Assembly (NCBI GenBank): GCA_051362555.1 | Contig: CM120643.1 | Coordinates: forward strand, 17,674,848 to 17,738,847 | Direction of reading: 5' to 3' | DNA from: Lingula anatina | Taxonomy: Eukaryota; Animalia; Brachiopoda | Length of the DNA: 64,000 nucleotides | Shown: one piece after another, positions 36,871-49,946 of the stretch | Numbering within the stretch: the first letter of the stretch is position 1 | How the letters are laid out: the number at the start of each line of letters is the position of its first letter | Translations under genes and position numbers: made by a program | The notes under the pieces: model-generated | Database searches by the model: none | The model's input: only the letters and a program-made list of their open reading frames with translations | What the model was told of the DNA's origin: nothing

Positions 36871-39829
36871 TTAATGAAATTTCCTTTTTCCTAAAAAATA
36901 AATTTAATGCAGCATTCATTAAACTGTTGAGTAAAAAAACATACACAAATAGCTCATCATTTGTTTACATTACATGAATATTAAAGAGTTATGATTTCTT
37001 TCAAAATACTCTTTTATTGGGTACAATAAGTATGCCCATGCAACTTTCTTGATCTAAAGATGTATAATTATGCGTTATTATAACCCAAATGTTATATCAC
37101 AAAAATTACCCTTTTTCTTTCCTTTTCCCTTCTTTGGTGTTTTCTTTCTTCTCTTACTGCTGGGCATGTCATCCTGAAACAAAATAACCAATTTTCATTC
37201 CCTTGTCTGGTACTACACACTACACTGCAGAAATTTCCTCCAAAATTAAAGGGATAATAACTCTTCTTATGAGATCCATATTTCACAATAAATACATTGT
37301 AAACAACACATAGAAATATAATATACTCTATTTTACCACAAAAGTAGCCGTTATAGCAATTAATATTAAGTCTGTGCTTGTCCATAGATGGCTACTCTCT
37401 GTAATAATCTCTTAATAGATTATTACAAAAAAAAAAAAAAAAAAAAAAAAAAACATTTAAAAAAAAAAAAAAAAAAAAAACAGGGACCAACTTTGAATGT
37501 AGAAATGGATTCATTAACCATTGGTAATTATGGAAAAATTGTCGTTTACCCCAGGAAAATTCATTTTTTGGCCAAAATGAATAGTTGTTATCCTTTAAAT
37601 TATTATTCTTTGGATTTTTTTCTCAAATTCAATTCAGCACCCCTTCATTCAAACAGAATCATAAACAGTTAAAAAAAAAATGATGCTTTGTTTGAGAAGT
37701 TGTCTTTATTCATGAAAAAGTAACCTGTGGAATGTTACTCACATCATCTAAATCTGCTGCTTCTTCCTTTGAGAGGACACTGATGTCTCCAAATCTTGTC
37801 AACTCGTCTAAATTGGACATTGTGCCCAGACGCCGCATGGCAGCCTGCGAAAACAAGGATATTTCAAATTTAACAGTGTGAGACAGTATTTATGCAATTT
37901 AAAAAATCTTTTTTGGACTGACAATAACTGAAAATATATGGTTACTATGACAGCAAATGGGAACTATAACAATAACCTCATAGTCAATGTTATCCTCTAT
38001 TGACAGACTGTCACTCAAGAAATTGATTATTTAAAATTTCAAGAAAGATGTAATGGACTTTATGCTCAACAGAGGATGCACTTCCTGGTTAATGCATTAT
38101 ATACAAGAGAAGTCCAATGATCATAGGTGACAGAAAATTTCCTGTTATAAATTTTTGTAAATCACGTGCTTCATTAGAGAATGAAAACTTTGAGAAGTCT
38201 AATGATAATAATCAATTTAAAAATAGCTCTCAATACACTACCTTGTCCTTTTTGGTTATATTCATTCTCACAAATCTGGACTCTTCATATCTGTAAAATT
38301 CACATAACAGGTTATAAAGACAAATAATATCACATTACCAACAAAAGGGTAATGTCCAAAAGGTTTTGCTATCTACATTTAAAATAGTCCTTGCGTCATA
38401 TTTCTCTGTCTACATATCCTGCAAAGCTACATTCCATTTTGACTTTAAAAACGATAAAACCTGACAAATAAAAGTACCCGATACCAGAGTTTTGTTCTGA
38501 AACATTCAGGAAGACATGGCTGGCCAGTCTTTTAGAACTACATACTGAATTAGAAATTGTATAAAACAACCATTCCAAGTGCAGGGACAAGGTGAGCAAA
38601 GACCTGTGATTACAAGAAAACCAATTTTTTTTCTTTATTGAGGAAAATTGGATTTGACAAGATAATCCCAAAAAAGACACCTTTCAACACAATACTTACT
38701 CTGTTCTCTCCGCCATCTTCTTATCCATTTTAATCTTGTGTAAATCTACTGTCTCCTGTATATCATAAGCAAAAAAAAATATGACAATTTTCTAATTAAA
38801 CACTAAAGATTATCAAAAATAATTAAAAGAACATATTTAATTTGATTCCAGCCAATAAAAGTGACTGAAAGATAAATATGGCTTTAGAGTACTGCAATTC
38901 AAACGAATATTTTAAGGAGTCTCTTACCCTAATTTCCTCTGGGCCCTCATGATGTTCCTCTCTTAGTTCTCTCATAATTCCACTACTTAGAGCTCTCTTC
39001 TTTGCTCTCTCCAACTTCATTTGTTGTTTATCTTTTTCTGTGATATCTCCATCTAAAAAAGCAGAATGTTTCATCCTTATCAACGCAGCATGTTTTCAGT
39101 GCCTAATTAAGCAGGTAACATATCCAAGGAAAATGTAATCAAAACAGTATTGAATAAGAAGTTGCAAAAAAAAAAAAAAAATGGAATGGCTACAGTCATA
39201 AAAGCCAAAATTCCCTTCATGATTTCTTTTAACTTTTTGAATTTGAAATACATGAAAGAAAACATCTATTTATTGAAGTCTACATTAATTCCTCATCAGC
39301 AAACCTCAACTTTCAACTTACCATAATGAACAGCTGCAATCTTGGGAGGTCTGTAGGCACCGGATTTTTTCTCTCCATCTCTTTCTCCAACATCTTCTTC
39401 CTCTGAAGTTCCAGATTCTTCTCCTAGCTGAAATATTTGAAAATGATATATAAATTGTGCAATCCTTTAATGATTGACTGAACCACTACTAAAGCAGCTT
39501 CTACAATGCTAAGAAGCATAATATATGGATGAGTTTTTCTATATACCTTCTTCTGATTAAACTAATTATAGGCATCAAATATAAGCACACTGACGTATAT
39601 TTAATAGTCAGACACATTACACAGCAATGATCTTTACAACAAGCAAGAGCATATAGAGTAAATGGCTTTGCCTAACTACAATGAAAAACCCTAAGAACTT
39701 ATGTGCCATCAATGTTCCATTTAATGATATCGCAGACTTAACAGTGTGATCACAATTTACTAAATTATTACTTCTATCAAGTAATGATATAAATTAAAAC
39801 TTATACTTAATGCCAAACCCCCCCACCCC

Positions 39830-39862
<33 letters not shown>

Positions 39863-41318
39863 TGTGTCAGAACATTTATTGGAGCACACTTAAACTACAG
39901 CATTCTGCACCACACAGGTCCATTGTTTCTGACCCACCTTGCTGACCAGGTTATCAGGGTTGGGTTTGAGACGCAGAGGATCACTAGCTCCTGAAGGCAA
40001 ATGCAACATTTCAACACATTAGTAAAAATTCTCACCAATATTGAAGTAAAAGCATAGGATAATACTATTTCTTCAAACAAAGAACATATTGGAAATAAGT
40101 AAATTCAGTTAGAGAGAGTGAGAGAGAGAGAACATGTACATCATTAACACATTGTGAAAATTTGAAATACCACATATATAGGTTTAAACATTATATTAAG
40201 TTAATTGTGATAAGAGGAGAGTGCTTCAATCTACTAGTAAAATAATTATGAAGCCCACCAGACTGGTCAATATCAAAGGCAACCCCTTAAAAATTAAAGC
40301 TACTTACAGTAACTTAATGTCATAATATTTTACATACCTAGCGCTCCAGTAGTGGCAATTTTGATGAGCTTATCAATTTGGTACTTCAGTTTCTGGTCTA
40401 TGGGTCGCATTTTTTCCAGAACCTGTTGAAAATTTGAACATTTCTTTAAACTTCTGACTACTGAGGGTGATTATGCAGCTACTATAAGATGAAACTATTA
40501 CTGTCATCTTTTATTTGGTCATGAAAGAAAAGCTATTCATAATAATATAAAAAACAACAACAAATGTTATGACAATTAATTTCAGGAGGGAAATCACTAA
40601 CATATTTCACTTGGTATTGAAATAAAAAAGTAACATACACCAATAACATTAGGCAGAAAAAAATGAAAAACTTTCGAACTTAGCAAATTTTTGAGAAAAG
40701 AGCTGTTATTCACCCTCTCCTCACTCAACCCCTGTGTAATTTCCCCCTTCACTGATATGACAGTACTCACTGTCCTTATCTCCACCAGTCTTTCAATGGC
40801 AGGTTCTCCTTTAATGCTCTCCCCTCTACTTTTCCTGAGGATCACTTGGGACAGGTTCATCAGGTAACTGAGCAGCATGTGGTACTTGACCTCCAGAAAA
40901 CTCACTCCCTGGAGATGGTACAAATGAAATAAAAAGAAAGTAGAACACCATTCATTTGCTATACATTATCATTCACTTCCAATGCATTATGAAATATCTG
41001 ATTATTAAATTGACAGGACTTATTCAATATATGAGTTAGATTAATTTTGTAATCCTGAAAAAAATTGGTAAACTCCAGAATGAACTTATTCACCTGAAGG
41101 CAGTGACAGTTCTGTCTCTAGCATAATAGATAAATGCAGAAAACGTGAATAGGAGGCAAAGGACGTGGCTACTCAGTACTGTATACCTTAGCAGTGTTGA
41201 TGTCTCCCTCTTTCACTTTTCGGATCAGACCCTGGATGTGAGTGGTTACTTCATTGATTCTGTTCTTCAGGTCGTGCAGCAAAGTCACCGCCTTCGGGAG
41301 GTCTTCTGTTATATTCAT
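36871..41318 (-). CDS. NGDN: Neuroguidin (Lcp5/Sas10-family SSU processome protein), ~309 aa, 11 coding exons
   Basis: Exons 41318-41187, 40908-40771, 40422-40338, 39990-39938, 39427-39322, 39052-38928, 38755-38700, 38290-38242, 37844-37743, 37173-37110, 36890-36871. Motifs DLPKAVTLL, GVSFLEVKYHMLLSYL, RLVEIRTVLEKMRPIDQKLKYQIDKL, YRPPKI; basic C-terminal NLS. Confidence 0.95.
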
Positions 41319-41559
41319 ATTTCCGCGATGTCTAAAACAAAAAGTAAATTACGAGAATGAATTATATCAATCATTTCAACTTCCAGAATCACCCCCAGGC
41401 TCCCCTCCTTCAAACACACATTTTAAACTGGCACTTACATGACTTGAAATAGCCCTAAATCAACCCTTCTATGAAATCGAAAACTTATTACACTTATGTA
41501 CCAATCGCTATTAAGCATTAACGCACGAAGCAGTTAGATAAAGTAATAAATAAGATACC

Positions 41560-41657
41560 ATGCTTTACCTATACCTCAACACACGTGCACTTCCGCTATT
41601 TTTAATTTGGAGTTAACTACGCATGCGTGATAATTTTTATATTTCCGGTGAAACACC
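41560..41657. promoter_or_regulatory. Compact bidirectional promoter NGDN/EMC4
   Basis: CACGTG (41582), ACTTCCG (41589), NRF1-like ACGCATGCGT (41619-41628) and TTTCCGGT (41642) lie within ~80 bp between the EMC4 ATG and a probable NGDN non-coding exon donor (~41568). Confidence 0.7.
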
Positions 41658-44600
41658 ATGGCATCGCCAGCTGGAAGAGGTCCTAAAACGCGAAAATGGC
41701 AAATAGATTTTTGTCACAGGTATAGTCTGATTAGATAAAATAAAATTTGTGGCATCTTTGATGTCATGGAAGCATTTCTGAGTGATATATTGTCAAAGGT
41801 TTCGTAGTTAAACCTTTCACATGTGGTCTCTGTCACTAGTAAAATAGCCTGTCAAATTAAATTGACTAAAACTTTTCGGTATGTCCAGTATGCATCCCCC
41901 CTCATCTCTAAACTCGTACATGTAGGCACGCTCGGCTGTCACCTTGATTGGATAGTAAACGATTGTCGTAAAATCGCTAAATGATATTAAAACCGGGTTC
42001 ATAAACTTGAAAACCACCAAGGACAACCTTGGACTGCCACATTAATCCAATACAATGCAAAAATAAACTATAAACAAGTGGTTAAAGCCTTCAAACCAAA
42101 TGCCGTAAAGTCCCCATATACCTCCATAGAGACAATAAAATAGAGTCAGCTTGTGAAACAAAACTCAACCATTTTCAACATAATAATCAAAATAAAATAC
42201 TGCCGGGCATCGGAGCGGCCTAAAACTTGGCACGCTTACCGCAAATACTGCAGGCTACATCATCCCGTCGCTCGTTTGTAAATTCCGTGCATGGCATACG
42301 CACAATCAAACCGTAAAGCCAAATTCCACCTCTGATGTTTATTTTGGTCCACTCTAACCTCCAATTAAGAAAAAGAAGCCATGCCATTGGACAATACGAC
42401 CTCTGCGGTTACGTCACTTCCTGATTTGAATAGTGTGGAGGACCAAAATAAAAATTAAAAAAATTTCTTAATTCAGTTATGTGGTCACTTATCAGTGCCC
42501 CTGCCATTCAATTAAAAGACTTCTACATCATGTTTGGGGGGGGGACATTATTCTTAAACTTCTAATTTCTAGCATAATTATTTAGATTATACTAGGATTC
42601 GTGCATGGAATTATCTGCTTTCACTAATACAGGTAAAGAAAACATAATGCCATTTGTTGGATAGAAACTGAAGTAGAAATTAATTAAATATGGTTGAAAA
42701 AAAAAAAGATTCCAGACGTACAGAGCATGAGTTGAGTGCATGAGATTCATGGTTATGCGAGACTTGACACACCAATTTTTAATGTCTCAACAGTTAACAA
42801 AAGTGATGGAACTTCTCTCTATGTTTTTGCAAATTTGTCATTGAGCAAAGTTTTGAAGTCAAGGAATAGAACATAAGGAGGAAAAAGAAGTCATGTGTTA
42901 CTAAAAGGTCTCTTTCAACCAGATTGAAACCAGGCAATAAATAAGATAAATGTACAAGTTTTTTTTTTTTTGTTTCAGATCTAAAAGTGATAAAGCAGCT
43001 GTGAATCTAGCATCCCCTCCTGGATACTCTCCAGAATCAGGAAAAGCTCTCATTGGGAAAGAGAGAAAGGAAGGAGATGAAGCTCTCATAATGAAGGTGA
43101 GATTTACTTGGCTTACTGCAGTATCAATCGGGTTTTAAATTTTAACTTTCTTATTTCTTTTAAATATTAAAGTTATCATACTTTTTGTAGAAAATGGTAC
43201 TTATTCTTTATTTACACTTGTTGTATTAAACGTTTCACACTTAAGATTATTTTATAAATTTAATATATATATTGCAGAGGTCTTGGGACATAGCACTTGG
43301 CCCCATCAAACAGATTCCCATGAACTTGTTTATCATGTGGATGGCTGGCAATACTATCTCTATATTTCCTATCATGATGGTGGGGATGTCTTTATTTAGG
43401 CCAATCCAGGCAATGATTGCTTATCAGTCAGGTAGGTTGGTGTGTGTGTGTGTGTGTGTGTGTGTGCAGGTGCATTTATATCTATTCCCTGATGTTGCTG
43501 CTATAACAGTTTTACAGAAACTGCACAAATGCTACTAAAGCTTTTCATTTAGGAGTGTCTTTCATTCTGCTTCATCAGTAAGCACAGTTCACTTATAAAT
43601 GCAGATGTGCCATGAGGTTTTGAAATTGGATAAGTTTGAGATCAGAGTAATAATTGTACTATAAAAACATTTGGAACATTATTTGTTTTTTATTTATGGC
43701 TCTAAAATTTACTATTATATATTCTTGGAAACTTTGTCACAGACATCTTATATTAATTATATTTGTTATATAAAGTCAGGGCCGTAGCCTGAGCAAAATG
43801 CCAGGGGGGCAGTAAGCGGACACGAGGGGGCGAAGCCCCCGAGGGGGGGGTGTCCCCCTCTCACGGTGTGGAAAATGTTTAAAAACTCTATGTATAAAAC
43901 TGCATTCTGGTGCATTTTAACTGTTATCTATTGCTCAATCAGAAGTCAGAAATTGTGGGTTCATTTTTCCATAAGTACAGTCATTTTTTAACACAACATG
44001 CGAATTGGCCTGGGGGATAGCTCCCTAAGGGAGGATGAGCTCTTTGGCATGAACTGAGTTGGCTAAAAACAGTACACATTTGTAAACAGATTGTTGAATG
44101 ATTGTCTTGTGGCCATGAGTGCATTTTCTCACAGAATTGATACCAACTTTGCAATTATTTTTTTTACCTTTGTGATCAAATCCCAGGGGGGGCAGCTGCC
44201 CCCCGGAGGCTACGGCCCTGAAAGTAGGCTCCACAGAACTTACTATGACACTTTGAGATTGGAAATTTTGTTTCAGTGATTTGGTTAGTTTTAATGTAAA
44301 TGTAAATTTTATGTTCCAGAAGATTTGTTTGAGATGAATGATGATTTTAGTCGAAGCTTATTCAGTATTATTCAGAGTCTCTGTGGTTAAAAATAAGTGT
44401 ATAAGTGACAATAATTACTAATGTGAAGTACTTCGTTCTTAAATCCTATATGATTTATTTACATATTTTTGCTATTTCAGCTTTCAGAATGATAGAAGGA
44501 GGCCAAGCTTTGTTTCAAAAATTTGTTTGGATTCTTGGGAACTTTTTAATCTTGCTGCTTGCAATGTATAAATGTCATGGGATGGGCCTATTACCAACAC

Positions 44601-45134
44601 ATGCATCTGACTGGCTGGCTTTTGTAGAAACACCAAAAGTAAGTACATTTAGAGTTACTTCTCAACTAAATTCAGCAAAATATTTTAACTGATATATATA
44701 TCCCCAAAAACAATTTGAGTAGCTTTTTGAAATGTGAGTAAGTAGGATTAAGTCAGTTTCTTTTAGAGTAAATAAAATGATCAAAAAAATTGAATTTAAA
44801 AATGTGCAGAATATGACAATTAGAAGCTGAGAGTTCCGTTGTATATGGTTGAATGATGGGAATGAATCTAATATTTATCAGCCCATATTAATGTTACTGT
44901 ATCAGCTGAAAATCTAAATATTATGAAATTTTTTTTGTTTGAAGACCATTTAAAGTTTTAAATCTTTTATATATTGTTTCATTTTTTTTGTGAAGATAAA
45001 TATAAAGGTTGAATTTAGTGTTAAAAATGTTACTGTGTCAGACCCACATTTGAATTATAGATAAAGAAAATAAAGATACATTCTGTTTTGTTTTCCAGAG
45101 ATTAGAGTGGTCAGGAGGTGGCTTAGGACTATAA
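41658..45134 (+). CDS. EMC4: ER membrane protein complex subunit 4 (TMEM85), ~175 aa, 5 exons
   Basis: Exons 41658-41719, 42979-43096, 43278-43431, 44481-44638, 45099-45134. Motifs [52 protein letters not shown] and RLEWSGGG. Confidence 0.97.
43777..44220. mobile_element. Non-autonomous TIR element with 5-bp TSD (hAT5-like)
   Basis: Perfect 13-bp TIR CAGGGCCGTAGCC / GGCTACGGCCCTG; AAAGT duplicated at 43772-43776 and 44221-44225. Confidence 0.85.
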
Positions 45135-46276
45135 CCTGACCCCAGCAGATGCTTAAAGAACAATTATTCCTGAATGTATGTGGACAAGAAGTGAAACAGT
45201 ATATGCTTGCTTCCTTTGTTGAAAGGGGAGCTGAAGTAATGGTGTACTTCAAATATTTATCCAATACGACAAATGAAGATTTGAAAGCAGTTATGTCTTC
45301 CGATGGTAAAGGAAGTGTTGAAGTGTGCATACATTGATGATAGTTGACTGTTTTCAGTATGATTCTTCTTTGTTGGCTGTCTGGTTAGGCCAAGCTGGTC
45401 ATAACCAGCAGATATCTAGTACAATTAGTACTTCCTTTTTCTCTAAAATTCTATTATGCTGGATTGCAAACAGGATTACCTCTGGTGGCTTTGACCTTGT
45501 ACTTTAATCAGTCAGCCTGCAGAGAAATGTAATACAAGAAGAAGGGCTGACATATCTTCATTGTAAATTTACTCTAAAGTTTGAACTTCAAAAGGGCAAA
45601 GGAAGGTCCATTTCAATAAGCCAAAATATATGACACAAGTAAAGGACAGCAATGAAAATGGCATGGGATGTTTTAAGCCAGAAGTGTGGTGTAGAAAGCA
45701 GCTGGGATAAGAAAAAGTGGAGATTACAAATATGGAAATATTGATCCGTGTTAATGAAAAATGAAGGTTGTAAAACTAGAAATGTGGATCAATACTGAAG
45801 TGTTGACTTGACTATGTGTTATAATAAACAGGATATGACTACTGTAGGAACTTCAGCAGTGAGTATCTAAGTGCTTGACTGAGTTTGACACAACTAGTGT
45901 CAAGTATGTGGATTCCACATGGATTTTCAGCCACATTTTTACTTAAAACCATACAATGAGAGGATAGTCAGTAATTTATTCAAAGCGTGATCAAAAATGA
46001 TGTTTCAACCTACAAGCTTTGGTGCAATATACTCAGAAAATACATTAAATGATTTGATAAAAATACTGTTCAAGACCATCATGTTGTTCATCATTGTAAA
46101 AGAATAACTAAACCGTGAGCCACATTTGACCAGTGTATTGCGGAACTGAGTAAGTCAGACTACATGTAAATTAAATATGGTGCAAATACAATTTATAAGA
46201 AATCTTTTTCATAAATAACGATAATATCACCCAATGAGATCAAATATCTTAATGTGTGCTTTTCTTTTTCAATATA

Positions 46277-46434
46277 CAGGCCCGTAGCCAGGGGGGTTCG
46301 AAAGAACCGCCCCTTTTGCTGGGAAAAGGTTCAATCTGGGTAAAATTTGATCTAGGTACATGAAGTTTATATGGGAAAAGGTCCACTTTTTCAGAAAAAG
46401 AACCCCCCTTTTGAAATTGCTGGCTAAGGGCCTG
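46277..46434. mobile_element. MITE with 5-bp TSD (hAT5-like)
   Basis: TIR CAGGCCCGTAGCCAG / CTGGCTAAGGGCCTG (1 mismatch); ATATA on both sides. Confidence 0.85.
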
Positions 46435-49400
46435 ATATACTAGTACAATGGTGCTTATATAGAATGCAGCTGCAAACATCTTTACAAGACCAGTGCATAG
46501 ATTGCTCCTTGGAAAAAAAAAAAGTAAGCGGCAGATTAGGTTACCTTCTACCAGGGCCACAGATTGATTTTTTCACTAGATATTCATACATGTGCCTTTG
46601 TCTATGTCATGATGCAATTCTCAGCTGTCTCAGGAGGTGAACATAACAGAACATAACAGAACATAAAACTGCAAATAAGAAGCAATAGACACGTGTCTAG
46701 TGGCCCTCGTAGAGGGTAAGAAAGGGGCTGTTTACCTTATAAGTTGTTAATTACTGAAAGACAACATAAAAATGGCAGGTAAATTCAAATTTTGTGAAAG
46801 GAAGTGTTACCTGAACCAGGTGCTGTTTAAACTTAAAACTGTGTCAAAGGTCATGACCGGAAAGAACAGGTGTGTTATCTATAAAATAAGTGGAATAAGT
46901 GGTAGATAGCATGTAATCAATTTCTCTATCACCAAGGAGCAGTGGCATGAGAACAGAGCACCTATCAACTTTGCTGAAAGGATGTGGTTGCGTAAATTAA
47001 AGACAGAATTTATTTATATTTGCTTTGTAAAATAATAATAAACAGCTTTGTGTTTGACAACCCAAAAGAATTATAGATAGTAAATATGCCTTTACAACAT
47101 GTTAATTTTATAAGTATCTTTAAAACAATAAACTTTGCATCATGCTCATAGTGGCATGACATGTTTATTGAACTTGTTACTCCAAAACTAAATTCTGAAA
47201 TATCAATTAATCTTTAAAATGTGGGCATTAAGGGGCAACTTCAGCAAATATGATATTCAAGAATCAAGAAGTTTTCTGCTAATGACTTTTCTCTATTAAC
47301 CTTTGCTGAGGCAGACATAAATAAGTAGTTGAAAAGGTGAAAATGGAAATTCCAAATTTAAATTTTCAAAAATTTTTATAAGATAATGGTAAAGTGGTAT
47401 TGCTTCCATTTTGCTGGATCAACAGAATAGTTGGAAAAATATCAGCTTTTTCCTTCTGTCCATATGTCACCAGAGATTATGGCACAGGTATTTACCTTGC
47501 ACCTGTCAGCTTTTACTCTAGACAGCCCTTACACCTGGTCCCAATAAGAAACAAGGAGAGACATTTCCCTGCCCAGGGAAGTACATATAATGACCCACTG
47601 TCATTTTTCTGTGATCATTTAGATATCAGACGGGATGGGATGGATGAGGATATTTCTTTTTAATCTATTTAAACCTTCTTGCTTCTTCTTTGTATGTACT
47701 TTCACGAACTCACTTTATACACTGTATGTGGATGCTTGTGATATTATACACGTGCAAAACGCAAACCAAAATTTAAAAAAGAAATAAAACTAATTTTTCA
47801 TGATATGAAAAAGGGGAATCAATTTGACTGTTGCTGCGTTCCAGAAATAATTTGGTTAATTGTGTTTTGCTTCCCCTTGAAGATCAGTAATGCACTGACA
47901 CTTTCATATCTATAACAATAAAAAAAGTGGACCAAATAGCTGCATCCTACGCCTCTCCCCAAAAGAAACCCAGACAAGATATAAGGTAACTGATTGTATG
48001 TTAAAAGTACTATAATAAGTAGTACGTCCGTTCGCATACCTACCAGCACAAAGTGATGAGCAGGTGGAACAGGTGTCTGTTGTTTCCATGGTTACCGCGC
48101 GCAAGAAAAGCTCAGACAGTGGTTAAAAACCACTTATGCATATTAGTGAACTTACGGACGTCAGTACGAACGTCAACTGTACACCTTGTGTGAAGAGAGA
48201 TCTGAATTCATATTAGATAGATATAATTCTGGCTGAATAAGGTATGTTATTAAATTTTATGTTCAAATGTCCACCGTATTTAAACGTTGCTTTTGATTAA
48301 AACTTTACAAAATAAGCTTTAATCGTCAATGTCTTATATGGTTCCTTTGACGTTCTTAAAAAGGGGGAAATCTTTGTCTATTAGAAATTAAAATTAAAAT
48401 TATATAATTTAAAGCACTAGTTCAGGTGAGAAAAAATAATGCGCAGGTCTCTCCCCAAGAAAGTCAGTAAATCTCAGCAAAAAGTTCAGAGGTCAAAGCA
48501 TTGTGGGAATTGTTGACCAGATGCTAAACATGGCGGGTCAAAGCAGCAAGTGGTTGCGGGAATTCCCTTGATTTAACATCTCTAGCAACCTCACAGCGTC
48601 TTACAAACTGCTGCATGATAAGTAAGTATACTTTTCTCAACGTTAGGTGTTATGAAACATGTAATGAACGCTCGTTAAGCGGACTGGGTAGGTGGTGAAA
48701 TCGTAGAGCTCCTCGTCCCGTTGTAAACTTGATATCCCCATTCATTGACATTTACCAAGTAGCCAAGGCCGTGTCATTCACATTAACATTGGCACTGAGT
48801 GACATCGATTGGTAATGTTTCAGCGTTTTTGAGTTTTGATGTAGAATTTAAAGTAAAGGGAGGTTTTTGGGGAATCATTATAAGATATTACTTGATTTTC
48901 CGTATAACGGAGAGGATATGTGCCCATGGAACGGTGTGTATGCTATTGTTATTGTTGAAGTTAGGATACTTATTGCTTATAAAAAATTACATGTGAACCA
49001 GAATCAACAGATGGCCTGCTATAATAAATATGAATGTCATATTCAAGTTAGGGTTAAAGAGTAGACATAATTATTCTGAATATTGTTGTTGAACATTATC
49101 AAAAGTTAATTTTATTGATAATATTGCTGATATTTTAAATCAAGGAGGTATATGTCCCATATAAAGGCAGCTGTGAAGACTTGATCATTTCACTAATCTG
49201 AAATATTAACTTCTAAGTTTTACATTGTCACTTATTATTTTTAAAACAATATTTACTGTGTTCTGCAAGAGTCTAAATGTTGTGATAAAGTTAAATGTGA
49301 GAATTAAATGATCTCCAATTTTTGCCCAAATTTACGGCTGTACCCTCACAATTTTCCTTTCACCTCTCATGTTCATAAATTTACTGTATACATCAGTGAG

Positions 49401-49946
49401 AAACTAAGTGATTATACTTGTAATGCTGATTGAGATGAGGTTTGGGAAATCTGCCTGCTCATCAGCACAATGGCTGGTTAATTGACTCCAGCCACATCCT
49501 TGCACCCATCTATCACTCCAATGATGGCACTGTTTCAAGCATGCAAAGCTTCTGCATTATCCTGATGGCTTTTTCTATAACTATGCTTGTAAATATATTT
49601 AACAATGAATATGGGGTGCTGGAAAAAGAAAACTTGAACTTGTGAGATTCGCACATTTAAGAGCCACTGTCTCAGTTTATTTGGGCTTGGTTATTTTGTT
49701 ATGATTTTCTAAAATATGTATAATTTTTGTAAATGAGGTATATATTTATATTTACTTGTAACTGCAAAATATAATCCGTATAAAATTTATCTTTATAAGA
49801 TAATTAAACTTAAGATTTTTATCTCTGTTTTCAGTTCCTTTGTAAAACACATGCAGTATCACAGGTCCTGACGAATACCCAAACTGTTGTTGGAATCACA
49901 CTTGGAACACTAGATTGAATGAAGTAAACATCCCTAACCAGCAGAC

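Noticed and set aside
37388-37672. Poly-Lys ORF (also 57976-58170), poly-Tyr at 22169 and ER/CV-repeat ORFs
   Set aside because: Translations of poly-A tracts and microsatellites in introns.
45055-45507. ORFs downstream of EMC4
   Set aside because: Located in the probable 3' UTR; no recognisable motif or exon structure.
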